A DNA stretch of 64,000 bases from Nitrososphaeraceae archaeon (GCA_035297365.1 DATGZA010000014.1:160001-224000), one strand, 5' to 3'. Shown: positions 32,725 to 43,929, counted from the stretch's first letter. Notes: generated by a model from the sequence alone, not told the origin. Made by a program: numbers and translations.

Positions 32725-33519
32725 TCATTTTGTAGATATATTAAATATTTCATCAAGTGTGATCGAGTACGGTTTTTTACCGCTTACTTTGAACCTAGTT
32801 GAGTTTCCCTTGAAATCAGTCTCTTGAATAAATCCTAATTTCCTAAAAATAGATAAAGCTATTTTTCCCCTTTGTCTATTATTACCGCAAGCAATTCTAT
32901 CTTTATCTTGAATATTTTGAAGAATAAACATTCCACCTTTATTTTCATTCGATAGTGAAATAACCGCCCTCCATAGTCGAGAAATATAAGAATTAGGATC
33001 GTGTAGTGATCCCATGTAAATAATTTTTGAACCACCAAGAGATTTTGTAATTAACTGAGCAGCAAAATTCATCCTGTCTGTTTCTTTGAAATAGATTCTA
33101 TACACGCTTTGTTTTTTGAATTGCCTATTTTCTTCATTGTCAAACCAATATGCATATCCAGACGGTTCTGACAAATATGGTTGAACGTATTTTTTATTAT
33201 GTTCTAAATTAATATAATTAACGTTGTTGTGGTCATAATTGATTTTTTCATCTCGAGTTATTTTCTTTTTATCATCGACGTTAATAATTTTCTGTGCATC
33301 ACCTAACCTTTCGAAATTAACTATGTATTTTCTCTTCTTCCTAGATTCGATCAACATAATAATTCCCTCGTCTATCAAATCTCTCAATGCCCTATCTAGG
33401 TTGATATCGTAATGCTTCCCGATTTCTCTCAAAATTTGGTCATGGTACACGGCATTATGTACTCCCTCTCCAATTAATTGATAAAGGAACCACTTCTTCC
33501 AGCCGTCCACATTCAACAT
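32725..33519 (-). CDS. Hypothetical protein with probable N-terminal wHTH
   Basis: Clean 264-aa ORF; LDRALRDLIDEGII...RKYIVN resembles a wHTH helix and wing. Confidence 0.7.
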   Translation of the reverse strand: MLNVDGWKKWFLYQLIGEGVHNAVYHDQILREIGKHYDINLDRALRDLIDEGIIMLIESRKKRKYIVNFERLGDAQKIINVDDKKKITRDEKINYDHNNVNYINLEHNKKYVQPYLSEPSGYAYWFDNEENRQFKKQSVYRIYFKETDRMNFAAQLITKSLGGSKIIYMGSLHDPNSYISRLWRAVISLSNENKGGMFILQNIQDKDRIACGNNRQRGKIALSIFRKLGFIQETDFKGNSTRFKVSGKKPYSITLDEIFNISTK

Positions 33520-33969
33520 TATATAAAAGCTATTTTTTTCGAATATATAAGCATAAACACGGATTATTTAAAAATATTTCAAGATTATGAAATTTATATA
33601 CGATGTGTATATTTTATTCGTAAGTTGAACCAATCGCACTCTTATAAACGAAAACGACCCATAGAGAATCTATTTAAAAACGATATCGCTCGGGTATTAG
33701 ATTTGTTTATTTTTAACTCAGAGTTTTCATATTCGACAAAAGAACTAAGTGATTTAACCGAAATCCCATATCAAAAAATCCAAAGGATTTTGATAACATT
33801 GGTGAATAAGAAAATAATTTTAGCTAAAAAATCAGACAACATTAAGAGCTTTTCCATAAACAATAATTCTGAACTTTCAAAAACTCTAATTAGGTTTGTT
33901 CATCAATCAGTTAACATTGAAATTGAACAATTTATTAAAAATTCGCCTTCATTGATAATAAAAAGATAA
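33478..33969 (+). CDS. wHTH transcriptional regulator (true start probably downstream of 33520)
   Basis: ARVLD.F.....YSTKELSDLTEI...IQRIL..LV...I pattern. Confidence 0.7.
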   Translation: MIKEPLLPAVHIQHYIKAIFFEYISINTDYLKIFQDYEIYIRCVYFIRKLNQSHSYKRKRPIENLFKNDIARVLDLFIFNSEFSYSTKELSDLTEIPYQKIQRILITLVNKKIILAKKSDNIKSFSINNNSELSKTLIRFVHQSVNIEIEQFIKNSPSLIIKR

Positions 33970-34365
33970 TGAACTCTTTCTGAATTGTTACCCGAAAGAT
34001 GAATTGATAAAGTTTTGCAAATATTCTTTGCGAAAACCAACAACAGATTAGGTACGATTGATGAGGGGATAAAATAATCAAGTCGTATCTCTTTGTCAGA
34101 ATTTTATAAGAAAATTTTCTTTAATGCCTTTTTTGTAAAATCTCATACAATAATTCCACTAAAAAGATGAGGTATAACGTATGAAATTTAGTAAGATTAA
34201 TTTTATAAGAATTTTGACATGACATTATTATTATTTTATGATTACGTTTACTAAACATAATTGATATCTGGATTATTTTAGCGATCTCGCATAGTTTACG
34301 AATCTCAAATTTATATATTGATGATTTTTAAATTGATTTAATTATGAGGATTTTCCATTAAAGAT

Positions 34366-34542
34366 ATGCCCCTCATCACCGTATCTATGTATCCAGGAAG
34401 ATCGGAAGATCAAAAAAAAGAATTTGCAAAAGAGGTTACGGATATGGCTGTAAAAATTCTCAAAACAAAAGCAGAACATGTTATTGTGGTTTTTGATGAG
34501 AATCCAAAAGAAAATTGGTATTTGTCAGGAAACAACCTCTGA
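34366..34542 (+). CDS. 4-oxalocrotonate tautomerase family protein
   Basis: MPLITVSMYPGRSEDQKKEFAKEVT...HVIVVFDENPKENWY; catalytic Pro1. 58 aa, missed by the ORF track. Confidence 0.92.
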   Translation: MPLITVSMYPGRSEDQKKEFAKEVTDMAVKILKTKAEHVIVVFDENPKENWYLSGNNL

Positions 34543-34619
34543 TATTAAATATTGGATAAAAAATAAAAATATTTTTTCTAATATTTTTTGCTACTTAAGT
34601 CTTTATTTGATTTATCTCA

Positions 34620-35591
34620 TTATCGCTGTGTTTCGTGTATTTTTTCGATATTTTCTAATCCTGGTAAAGCCTTTATTTCTTTACATCTTTTTCTCAATGA
34701 AACTGTAGAAATATCAGCTACTTGACATATCTCAACTTGTCTAATGAATTCGTCACATATTTGAGATGCCAAATATATTACTGCACCTGCAATCGCTCTT
34801 GGGTTTTTTCCTATTGATATCCCCCTTTGTTCTACATGACCGAAGATTTGTAATGCTTCTCTTTTGGTTTTCTCACTAAGTTTTAGTCTGTTAGATATTA
34901 TTGTAACATAATCTGGTCCTTTAGTTGCAGGAATGTTAAGATCTAATTCATTTAAAATCAATTTATAATGGGACATCAATTCCTTGCTGGTTATGTTACA
35001 AATTTCAGATACATCGAGAATAGTTTTTGGTGTTGAAGCCTCTCGACACGCTGCATACAATGAAGCTCCAACCAATCCTATTGTCGATCTACCCTTTGCC
35101 AATTTTTTTACTGCTGCTTTTCTATAGATGTATGCAGCACTTTCAATAACTGCTTGACTAAGACATAATTTATCACCAAAGTTATTCAGATATTTCAGGG
35201 CTTTTTCTAGATTTCTTGATACAGAATCATTTAATTGAGATCTGCTGTTCCATGTACGGAGTCTCTGAATCTCCATTCTTTGTTTTGGTTGTAATACTTT
35301 GCCCCTTGCGTCAGTGTCACCCATTCCTATCAAAGTTGATAATCCTTTATGATGAACTGCTAATGATTCTGGCATTCCTGTTCTGAACCTGTCATTAAAA
35401 TCTGATTGCATAATATAGCCCTGAATAGTTTCATTGTTCAGAGAATCATTACTTAAAACATAACCACAAGATGAACAAACAAATTCGTTTGCAGAATTAT
35501 CAAAAATAATGGCATCTTTTTGGCAATTTTCACAATATGCCGGATTATTTGTATTTGGCTTTGTATATTCTTCTTGCTTCCTATATTCCAC
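34620..35591 (-). CDS. tfb: Transcription initiation factor IIB paralogue
   Basis: Zn ribbon CENC...CSSCG, two cyclin folds with KGRS and GKNPRAIAGA, C-terminal HTH. Confidence 0.93.
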   Translation of the reverse strand: MEYRKQEEYTKPNTNNPAYCENCQKDAIIFDNSANEFVCSSCGYVLSNDSLNNETIQGYIMQSDFNDRFRTGMPESLAVHHKGLSTLIGMGDTDARGKVLQPKQRMEIQRLRTWNSRSQLNDSVSRNLEKALKYLNNFGDKLCLSQAVIESAAYIYRKAAVKKLAKGRSTIGLVGASLYAACREASTPKTILDVSEICNITSKELMSHYKLILNELDLNIPATKGPDYVTIISNRLKLSEKTKREALQIFGHVEQRGISIGKNPRAIAGAVIYLASQICDEFIRQVEICQVADISTVSLRKRCKEIKALPGLENIEKIHETQR

Positions 35592-35912
35592 TAAGTTTTC
35601 ATAGTATGCAATTATTTTATTTATACGTTTTCTAGAAATTCGATAAATAGGGAAAATTACTAGCCATATTAAGAAATCTCTCGATAATATAGATTTGGGT
35701 AATAATCTCTAATGAATATATATTATATTCTAAAGAAATCTAACTTTTATTAATAATAATGTATGTGTTTTGTTTTATTTATGAATATTGCTAATTTTTG
35801 TTATGCATTTTTTTTATATAACAATGATCAATTTTCTTCCCAGTTTCCCTCGTATTCCAACACAACGTTAATCAAACCCTGTATGCATGAATCATTTTGA
35901 TAAGACGTTTTT

Positions 35913-35986
35913 GCCTTGATAGCTCAGCCTGGTAGAGCGTTTCCTTGGTAAGGAAAAGGTCGCGGGATCGAATCCCGCTCAAGGCT
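35913..35986 (+). tRNA. tRNA-Thr(GGT)
   Basis: Acceptor GCCTTGA/TCAAGGC, anticodon arm TTTCC-TTGGTAA-GGAAA, T arm GCGGG-ATCGAAT-CCCGC. Confidence 0.95.
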
Positions 35987-36076
35987 TTTCATTTTCGTCA
36001 AACTACGATGAATTTCAGAAGAATGGTGTGAAAAATATAATGATTTCAGATAACTTAAGAAATCCTCATAATTCAA

Positions 36077-36138
36077 CCTTACCAAAAACAGTAAGAGCCT
36101 TACCAAATATAGTAAGATTTCAGAACCAAGGAAACGCT
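36077..36138. repeat. Two 21-bp tandem imperfect palindromes plus an inverted 14-bp tRNA fragment
   Basis: CCTTACCAAAAACAGTAAGAG and CCTTACCAAATATAGTAAGAT; ACCAAGGAAACGCT (36125-36138) is the reverse complement of tRNA 35936-35949. Confidence 0.85.
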
Positions 36139-38659
36139 ATATACGGTTATCTAGAATCGATAAATAATAAATAGTTGAATTAATGATATAGATCTGACTA
36201 TTATATTTACCTATGATTTCAGCACCAGTTCCGATTATAATGTTATTTGAAATAACTTTATTAGAAGTACCATCTATTATAGTAATTGTATTTCCTATAT
36301 TTACATATAATAAATTATTCATAGTATCATAATACAAATTATGTACAGGTTCACCTATGGGTAAACCTCCTCCTACTTCAATTGTTTTTACAATGGAATT
36401 GTCTGTGGAATTAATTACATAAATGATATTATTAAGAAAGCTACTGACATATACAAGATTGTTATATGAATTAATAGCTAACAAATCTATATAATTTTCC
36501 ACTGGGATAGTGAATATAATAGTGTTATCTGTAGAATTTACAACATAAATAATTTTGGTATGGAAAGGAGTAACATATAGAAGATTATTATTCGGATTAA
36601 GCGCTAATTCGGTTGGCTTGTCACCTACATTAATTGTATCAATAATAGAATTATCAGTAGAATTTACAACTGATATTGTCTTACTATCTGTGTTAGCAAC
36701 ATATAGAAGATTGTTGTTCGGATTAAGCGCTAAGTCGCTTGGCTTGTCACCCGCATTAATTGTATCAATAATAGAAATGTCAGTGGAATTGACTATAGAA
36801 ATAGTGTTATCTTCTTTACTAACAATATATAAGATATTGTTGTTATTATTAAATAATAGTTTATTAGGATTATTGAGTTTAATTTTTTCTAATGCTGAGC
36901 CATCCGTCGCGTTTCTAATAGAGACAGTGTCTGCTATATCATGAGAAGTAAGTGTATAAACATAATTATTTAGAGGGTTAACTATAATATCTATTACGTT
37001 TGTATAGGTTATCCAACTTTTCAAAATAGAATTATCAGTTGTATTTATTATAGTTACAGTGTTGTTACCAGAGTTAGCAACATATAGTAGATTGTTGTTT
37101 GGGTTAATGTCTAACTCTATTGGAGATTTACCTACTGTGATTGTGTCTACCACTGAATTTGTTGTAGAATTTATTACTGATACAGTGTCATTTTCAGAGT
37201 TAACAACGTATAGGTGATTGTTGTTCCTATTGACAGTTAGATCTGAAACCTTATTTGTTTTGATTGTATCTATAACGGTATTGTCTGTAGAGTTCAATAC
37301 AGTTACAGTATTGTTACCAGAATTAGCAACATAAAGTAGATTGTTATTTGGGTTAATGGCTAATTCTTTTGGAGAATTACCTACTGTGATTGTGTCTATA
37401 ATGGAAAAATCTGTTGAGTTCAATACAGTTACAGTGTTATTTTTAAAGTTAGAGGTATATATTATGTCACTATTATTGTTTATTTCAATATCCGTAATAG
37501 GTATATTGAAAATAGGTTCTTCATCTAACACAAGAGCATTTATAATATCGCCTATGGGATTATGTGAATAAATATCATACTCGAAAGATATTGTTCTACT
37601 CCAATCAACTGTATACATTAAATCTGTAATATTGTTAAATACTAGATCTCGAATCCTACTATCGAGTTTTATATAATGTATGTTGTTATCAACAGGATTA
37701 ATTATACTAATGGTAAAAGGTAAATCAGCTAAATAAATTCTGTCATTAAATACTTCAATAGCAGAAGTTTCACCTTTCAACAAAATATCAAAGGTTTTAT
37801 TCGGATTTGTTAAATCAACAAGAGAAAGAAAACTGCCTCCTCCATCCTCGCTTAAGACATACAATATATTGTTTGTAGTATCAATCGCTAATTCCATAGG
37901 TTCAAAGTGTAGCTTGAGTGTATCTACAATTGTATTATTTGTAGAGTTGACGACAGAAATTGTTTGGTTATAAAAACTAGATACATAGAGAAGGTTATTT
38001 GAATTAATAGATAAATCAGTTATTCCCACGTCAACTGGTATAGTGTCTATAACAGAGTTTGTGGTAGAATTCACGACAGAGATATTATTTCCCTCAAAAG
38101 TAGCAACATAGAGTAGATTGTTGTTTGGGTTAATAGCTAATTCTGTTGGAGACTCAGCTATTGTGATTGTTTTTATAATAGAGTTATTAGTCGAGTCTAT
38201 GATAGAAATCGTGTTGTTACCAGAGTTAGCAACATAGAGTAAATTGTTGTTTGGGTTAATAGCTAATTCTGTTGGAGAATTACCTACTGTGATTGTGTCT
38301 ATAACAGAGTTTGTTGTAGTATTAATAACAGAAGTAGTCTTATCATCAAAATTAGCAACATATAGTAGATTGTTATTTGGGTTAATAGCTAATTCTGTTG
38401 GAGATTTACCTACTCTAATTGTATCTATAACAGAGTTCGTTGTAGAGTTGATGACTGAAACAATACCTTCTTCTTCGAAGGGACCTGGTACTGTAGAACT
38501 CGAATAAATATAGCCATTATTGCCATGTAGAATAGAATGAATTTCTACTGAATTATCAATCGTGATAGTATTTTCTAACAGTGCTGATTCCGATTCGGGT
38601 ACTAAGATACTAATAAATAAAATAAAAAAACTTAAATAAAAAAAATACCTGACCTTCAA
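36137..38659 (-). CDS. Secreted YVTN/YncE-type multi-beta-propeller protein
   Basis: Signal peptide and many ~42-aa repeats of the form ITVGxSPxELAINPNNNLLYVAN; repeats also visible at DNA level. Confidence 0.92.
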   Translation of the reverse strand: MKVRYFFYLSFFILFISILVPESESALLENTITIDNSVEIHSILHGNNGYIYSSSTVPGPFEEEGIVSVINSTTNSVIDTIRVGKSPTELAINPNNNLLYVANFDDKTTSVINTTTNSVIDTITVGNSPTELAINPNNNLLYVANSGNNTISIIDSTNNSIIKTITIAESPTELAINPNNNLLYVATFEGNNISVVNSTTNSVIDTIPVDVGITDLSINSNNLLYVSSFYNQTISVVNSTNNTIVDTLKLHFEPMELAIDTTNNILYVLSEDGGGSFLSLVDLTNPNKTFDILLKGETSAIEVFNDRIYLADLPFTISIINPVDNNIHYIKLDSRIRDLVFNNITDLMYTVDWSRTISFEYDIYSHNPIGDIINALVLDEEPIFNIPITDIEINNNSDIIYTSNFKNNTVTVLNSTDFSIIDTITVGNSPKELAINPNNNLLYVANSGNNTVTVLNSTDNTVIDTIKTNKVSDLTVNRNNNHLYVVNSENDTVSVINSTTNSVVDTITVGKSPIELDINPNNNLLYVANSGNNTVTIINTTDNSILKSWITYTNVIDIIVNPLNNYVYTLTSHDIADTVSIRNATDGSALEKIKLNNPNKLLFNNNNNILYIVSKEDNTISIVNSTDISIIDTINAGDKPSDLALNPNNNLLYVANTDSKTISVVNSTDNSIIDTINVGDKPTELALNPNNNLLYVTPFHTKIIYVVNSTDNTIIFTIPVENYIDLLAINSYNNLVYVSSFLNNIIYVINSTDNSIVKTIEVGGGLPIGEPVHNLYYDTMNNLLYVNIGNTITIIDGTSNKVISNNIIIGTGAEIIGKYNSQIYIINSTIYYLSILDNRI

Positions 38660-38855
38660 TAATTTTAAATAATCTAAGTTATTTAAAAAGAATTTGATTA
38701 TATTTGTTATTTTGGTGTATTTTGAGCATTTATTTGTCGAAAATTTGAATTATTTAGAATTACCTTAATTTTTTAGAATTAAAGTCTTTCACAGTCTTTT
38801 GAAAAGATAGGCTATAGTAGGATCTTTTATATTAACATAAATAACAGTAAAAATA

Positions 38856-39115
38856 ATGAATAAGAGACTTGTATTACTTAACAAGTCTGAACTGAATTAC
38901 ATTCTTGAAAATAAGAAATTCTCAAGTCATTTGAATATAAAATAAAAAGCCAGTTAAAAAAGAAGATTTTAATATTCCTAGAAAATGAATTTCCTTTATT
39001 ATTGCAATCGGGTTTTATTGATGTTAATAAACTGCTAGCCTATATAAATAATAATATGTTACTAAATCGTGGTAAGGAAAAGGTCGTGGGATCGAATGCC
39101 GCTCAAGGCTACTAA
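38856..39115 (+). pseudogene. Small att-associated ORF (possible integrase N-fragment), frameshifted, ending in the tRNA copy
   Basis: MNKRLVLLNKSELNYILENKKFS/SFEYKIKSQLKKKILIFLENEFPLLLQSGFID...RGKEKVVGSNAAQGY; 1-nt frameshift near 38925. Confidence 0.7.
39070..39110 (+). repeat. att-like copy of the tRNA-Thr 3' half
   Basis: 39/41 identical to tRNA 35946-35986. Confidence 0.93.
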
Positions 39116-39719
39116 TAACACATTTAAGCCTATAACAATAGTCCATATTCAAGAATTATTTGATTTTAACGAAATCCATTTACAAGTTCTTAGCAATATA
39201 AAGTCATTATTTTACATGTCCACAAATAGACTCAATATAGTTGGAGAGCGTGGTATAACAAGCGCGTTAGATATAGAATTTGCTAGAGTCAACGGGGTCA
39301 TTTGCATCAATTTTCTGAAGAGGTTAAGCATTATCATTTTTTAGGCACCGAAAAAGTTTTCAATCAAAATTATTCTGTTAATAATTTCAATCAAGTTTTA
39401 TCTCATTACCTTTGCTTTTTGATTAATTTAAACATATATGTCGAAGTAATGATAGAAGATATTGCCAAAGAGATCAATCCAAAAATAGTAGTTACCATTA
39501 GAGCAATATTGTTATTTAATGTTAATGAAATTATAACTACGAAAGTATAATTGTTACTAGAACAGTATAGAATTCAAAATTAAAATCTATTCTCTTTCTA
39601 CTATAAAGTTGTAACAACAATACAAAAGGTGATAAATATATATGCTTAGCAAAGAACTTGCGATAAAACCCGAGGTTATTCAAATTTAAGTCGTATAGAT
39701 ATGGAAATATAACTACAAA

Positions 39720-40051
39720 CTTTCATGATCCTATAGAACTAAATCTGCCAGAAGGTTACCGGGACCAAATTCGTTTGGCTGTAGCATCCGTAGTAATACC
39801 TGCTCTCATAGGATGCTAATACCTAGCATGTTTGGTTTCATAAACGGAAGAAGGCGAAGATGGTCTATGAGAGAAAATATAAAAAAATACTAAAAATACA
39901 AAACACACAATATGATTATGAAAATTTTAGAAGAGATCTTTCAGTAATTCAAAAAGATGTAATTACAAAATTGACCGTGGAAAAAATAAGTGATTCTCAA
40001 TACGAAATATTGAATACTAAGATAGACAATTTACCTAATGAGAAAGATTAG
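39720..40051 (+). pseudogene. C-terminal remnant of a membrane-anchored surface protein
   Basis: VVIPALIG/LIPSMFGFINGRRR...KISDSQYEILNTKI across frameshifts; resembles C-termini of Nitrososphaera YVTN-type proteins (from recall). Confidence 0.5.
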
Positions 40052-40790
40052 CGATTATTGTTGTACGAAACGCCTTATACAAATATCTTATTTGTGGCGC
40101 AGGATGAGCAACTTTTTTTATATATCTTACTTTCTTGTTATCCCCTATTAACTGAAGTGAATTGTCCATACATTAGAATGATATTAGATATTAATAATAT
40201 TTTCATTCTATATTTCGATTAGAAGAGATATATACTTTGCAATATGGTTTATAATATATTAAACATATCTGCGAATGTTTCACTGTTATTAAACAATCGC
40301 ATCTTATAACTATATTGGTCTAAATTCAGAATCATGTCCTTCTTAGAGAAACATGTTTTTAGAGGTGCAAAATCTTTTTCTATTGTTAAGAGAATAGAGA
40401 AGTATGTTCAAGTTAACTAAATTCAACATGTGTATCATAGGAATGATTGTAGGAGCAACTCTAATTGCAACACTGCCTTTTATTGGACTGACGTGTAGAT
40501 GGTGTTAGAATCATGCTAAGAAAGATGAGTAGGTAACAAATATAATCTACTCAACAAGAGATCGATACGTCTAGCTATATTTCATAGATTATAAGTAATC
40601 TAAGTTGATACATATAGTCAACATGATGAAAAAGTTTTACCTCCCGTACTACCAAATATCATAAATAATACAAATGATATATAATTATATCATCACACGA
40701 AGAAAACGATGTGACGATAATAGGATGGACAGAATCTGAGTTATATCTTTACATCTTATTTGATAATGCCATGAAATATTCCATTCCTAT

Positions 40791-40810
40791 TTTTTTCGGC
40801 GCCGAAAAAA
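40791..40810. promoter_or_regulatory. Perfect 20-bp palindrome overlapping a BRE/TATA-like element
   Basis: TTTTTTCGGCGCCGAAAAAA immediately followed by TATATAA. Confidence 0.55.
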
Positions 40811-40891
40811 TATATAATCAAATAAAGCAGCATTGGATGGTGACAAAGTAAAAAGGTGCAAAAATTTTAAATATTATTATACTAATTCCAG

Positions 40892-41737
40892 ATGATTATG
40901 AAATTTAATTACATTGTTTCAATGTCTATTGCATTGGTAGCGGTCATAGGTTCTGTTACCCAATTTGCCTTAGCGCAGGAAGATTCTTCTGTATCAGACA
41001 TTTATAAAAATAAGATTATGTATTCTGTAAAATTCATTTGTATTCCATCAGTGGGTCCAGATAAAGAAGGCGTCTTTATGCCCCAAAATTACAGTACTGT
41101 AATAAATGTGCATAATCCATCCAGTCATAACCTTACCCTCTTTAAAAAAGCAGTAATAGCACAAAGTGAAGATGAACAGAGAGGACCTATATCCAAATTC
41201 CATAAAGATTTTCTAGCAGTTGATCAAGCACTCTCGATAAACTGTTGGGATATTTTCGATTTATTTAATCATACATCTTCATTTGGAGACGGCTTTGTAG
41301 TTCTTTTATCAAATGAAAAACTAGATGTGTCTTCAGTATATACTACAATGAATTCAATAGATGTAGAATATATTAAACCTACTATAACGAATGCGTCGGG
41401 TAAACTTCCTGATTTGACTATAGAGATACTTGGTTTTGCAAACAATTGTGGACAAAATGGTTGTAGTGTTGACGTAGATATGAAAGTAAATAATTTGTCT
41501 ACTGAAACAGTATCTACTCCTTTTAATATTGAAACAACAACAAGCAACGGTTTTTCTAATATTCAAACAATTCCCTCAATTTCTGGAGGTGGAAGTCAGA
41601 TACTTTTTGCGAAGTTAGGTCCAGGTAGTAATTGCCATAGCCCAGATTGCACCGTTAACGCTTTTGTAGATAGTTCTAATGTAATAATTGAGAGTAACGA
41701 AAATAATAACAAAGATTCAGTGACGTCACCTGGATAA
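40892..41737 (+). CDS. Secreted protein with C-terminal CARDB-like domain
   Basis: Signal peptide; YSVKFIC...INVHNP domain; LPDLTI...VD..N.I.ESNENNN CARDB motif. Confidence 0.85.
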   Translation: MIMKFNYIVSMSIALVAVIGSVTQFALAQEDSSVSDIYKNKIMYSVKFICIPSVGPDKEGVFMPQNYSTVINVHNPSSHNLTLFKKAVIAQSEDEQRGPISKFHKDFLAVDQALSINCWDIFDLFNHTSSFGDGFVVLLSNEKLDVSSVYTTMNSIDVEYIKPTITNASGKLPDLTIEILGFANNCGQNGCSVDVDMKVNNLSTETVSTPFNIETTTSNGFSNIQTIPSISGGGSQILFAKLGPGSNCHSPDCTVNAFVDSSNVIIESNENNNKDSVTSPG

Positions 41738-42167
41738 CAAAATTATTATTTTCTATTTTAATAAGTTCATCAGGCAGTTTTAGAATGCAATTTTCCATAT
41801 GTATTTTAGAACTAAATATAGGTTGAAAAATACAAAGGAACAACAACAAAGTGGGCTCTGTTTTATAGTTGGGGCAGCAATTGCAAGAATAGAGGAGCTA
41901 TTCATAATACTTCGTCTTAGCATTTTCATTTTCTGTTAACGTATTACTAAAACAAGATTGAATCAGTTTTTCTTCTTATTACTGCAAAACCAGCATTTAT
42001 GTCGCAATATACGAGAAGCAGAAAGATTTTGATATTTAAAAGCTGTAGTTTGAATTTATATGTCATTTTATCGAGAGAAATTTTTATAATTGTATCTACT
42101 TATATAAGTCCTGGGAGTATGGAAAACTTATATTGTTGTCGAGATTTGAAAGAGAGATATTAAAAAA

Positions 42168-42430
42168 ATGGGGAAGATTGTAAAGGTTGTAGGTTGGTTT
42201 TTTGGAATTCTCATTTTTCTGTTTGGTCTACTGATATTCGGCAACACCTTGTTGAGTCTAGGAGACGCAGCAACTCCAATCCTGGGTGCTTATTGATAAT
42301 GCTTATAGGAGCTCTAGCATGTTATCGAGCTAGTAGATCTGGCAGAAAGAAGGATGTGACATATCATGGAGTCAATAGATCAAGTGCAACCAACAATTTA
42401 GAAGAGATGCAAGAAGAGAAGATAGAATGA
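42168..42430 (+). pseudogene. Two-TM small membrane protein, frameshifted
   Basis: MGKIVKVVGWFFGILIFLFGLLIFG...PILG / LLIMLIGALACYRASRS; same architecture as 46781. Confidence 0.6.
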
Positions 42431-42672
42431 GAAATTGACCTAGAAAAGGAAAGAAGTAAAATAATGGAGATGCTATGAAGGACTGGAATACCAAGCAAAA
42501 CTAAAAACGTGCTTGATTAGTTCCATAGTGTATTTCTCTGACATATGAAACATGTCATACCATTTATCTTTCAAAGTTTCAAATAGCTAATATTTAAGAC
42601 AATACAGCGTTGGCAAAATTATTGCTGATGGAAAATCTGGATTAATTATATTTATATAAATTTTGGTATTAA

Positions 42673-42823
42673 AGTGAAAAATATCGAGAATTCAGATCGG
42701 TTTTATATTATCATTGAAAAGTTTATTTATTAAAAACAAGTAATAGATCGGGTCTATAATCTCTAATTAATCAATCCAAAGGTTAAGATTCGAGGTGAGC
42801 ATAATGCTCCCGCTTAAGGTTGT
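42673..42823 (+). repeat. ~150-bp promoter plus structured-RNA-like repeat, copy 1
   Basis: Aligns with 45620-45769; ends in TCCCGCTTAAGGT, 11/13 identical to the tRNA 3' end. Confidence 0.85.
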
Positions 42824-43039
42824 AATACCTAGTGAATGATTGTCATTTTGACTATCTATTTTTTGACAATACCATCATCATTTCTATCTTAACTATTTGG
42901 ACATCTATCATAGTTTGCCCCTACGAATCCGTCAATCAATTGAGTTAAGATAGTTTGTAGTTTATTTCAAGAAAAAGAATTGAATTTGAATATAAAATCG
43001 AAGAACAAAAGATGAAGTACGCAGATAAAAAATATTTTA

Positions 43040-43657
43040 TTACATTTTTAGGATATCTTGTTTCATTTTTAAAAATTCTGCTTCATTAATTATCCCTTGT
43101 TCTTTCAATTTAGCCAATTTAAATAATTCATCTGCAATTGATAATTTTTGATCAGAATGAATACCCGTATGAACTTCTGTGGTTTTTTGCTTTTTAATAT
43201 TCTCCATCGATCTTTTAATATATTCGACTATTTTCTCAGCCTTTTCTTTTGAAATAGCATCTATGTCTCCTCTATAGCCAGAAGCCATAATTTTTACTGC
43301 AGATGAGAACATACATTTTTCTAATTCAATAGATGTAATTTTATCATATGTAATAGACTCGAAATCTTCTCTTGCTCCAAAAAATGAAGGATCTCGTATC
43401 AATATCCTCTTATTGGTTACAAAGATAGTATCAGGGGTAGTGTGAGAACCACCTGGTCTTAATTTTGATTGTTTGGCAACGATCTCAACTTTCTCATCTG
43501 AATCTAATCTCTTTGAAATTTTTTTAATTTCTTCTATTTCTTTAATATCAAATTTGTCTTTGTCTGGGATTTGTCATTGATGGATATTTAAGTTAGGGTT
43601 TGATTCAGACTTGGTTTCTTTATCATTATTATCTTTTCTACCAAAATTCAGAGCCAT
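43040..43657 (-). pseudogene. Bacterial PH-domain plus SHOCT protein with in-frame TGA
   Basis: ATG at 43657, TGA at 43574-43576, then AKQSKLRPGG..TPDTIFVTNKRILIRDP and SHOCT motif ELFKLAKLKEQGIINEAEF. Confidence 0.8.
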
Positions 43658-43929
43658 ATGAATACAATATATTAGAAATTATCAAGTTATCAATCATCAA
43701 TTACCATAGAAATTGAGAAATTAAAAGACATGCTAAAAGCATATTGCAAGTGAAAATCTAATTATCTTGATTAGAGAATTATAATAAGATTGTAAAGTAA
43801 TTAATTCATTTTAGCTGATAAAGGCATTAATTTATTATAATATTTTTCGAGTTTTTTTATTGTGTTGATAATATCTATGAATTGGTAAATAATTTACAAA
43901 ATATGCTAAAATAGCTTTGTTAAATAGTT

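Noticed and set aside
34478-34708. 76-aa ORF in the track
   Set aside because: Overlaps the real tautomerase and the tfb 3' end.
35924-36106. 60-aa minus-strand ORF ending RPFPYQGNALPG
   Set aside because: It is largely the antisense translation of tRNA-Thr, with no independent coding support.
36137-38659. Regularly spaced DNA repeats as a possible CRISPR array
   Set aside because: They are in-frame coding repeats of the YVTN protein; no spacer structure and no cas genes.
39070-39110. Functional or split tRNA gene (also 50219-50261)
   Set aside because: Only 3' halves with T-arm mismatches, embedded in ORF remnants; better explained as att-like copies.
39069-39550. ORFs 39069-39344 and 39302-39550
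   Set aside because: The first starts inside the tRNA copy and neither shows recognisable motifs, including integrase catalytic residues.
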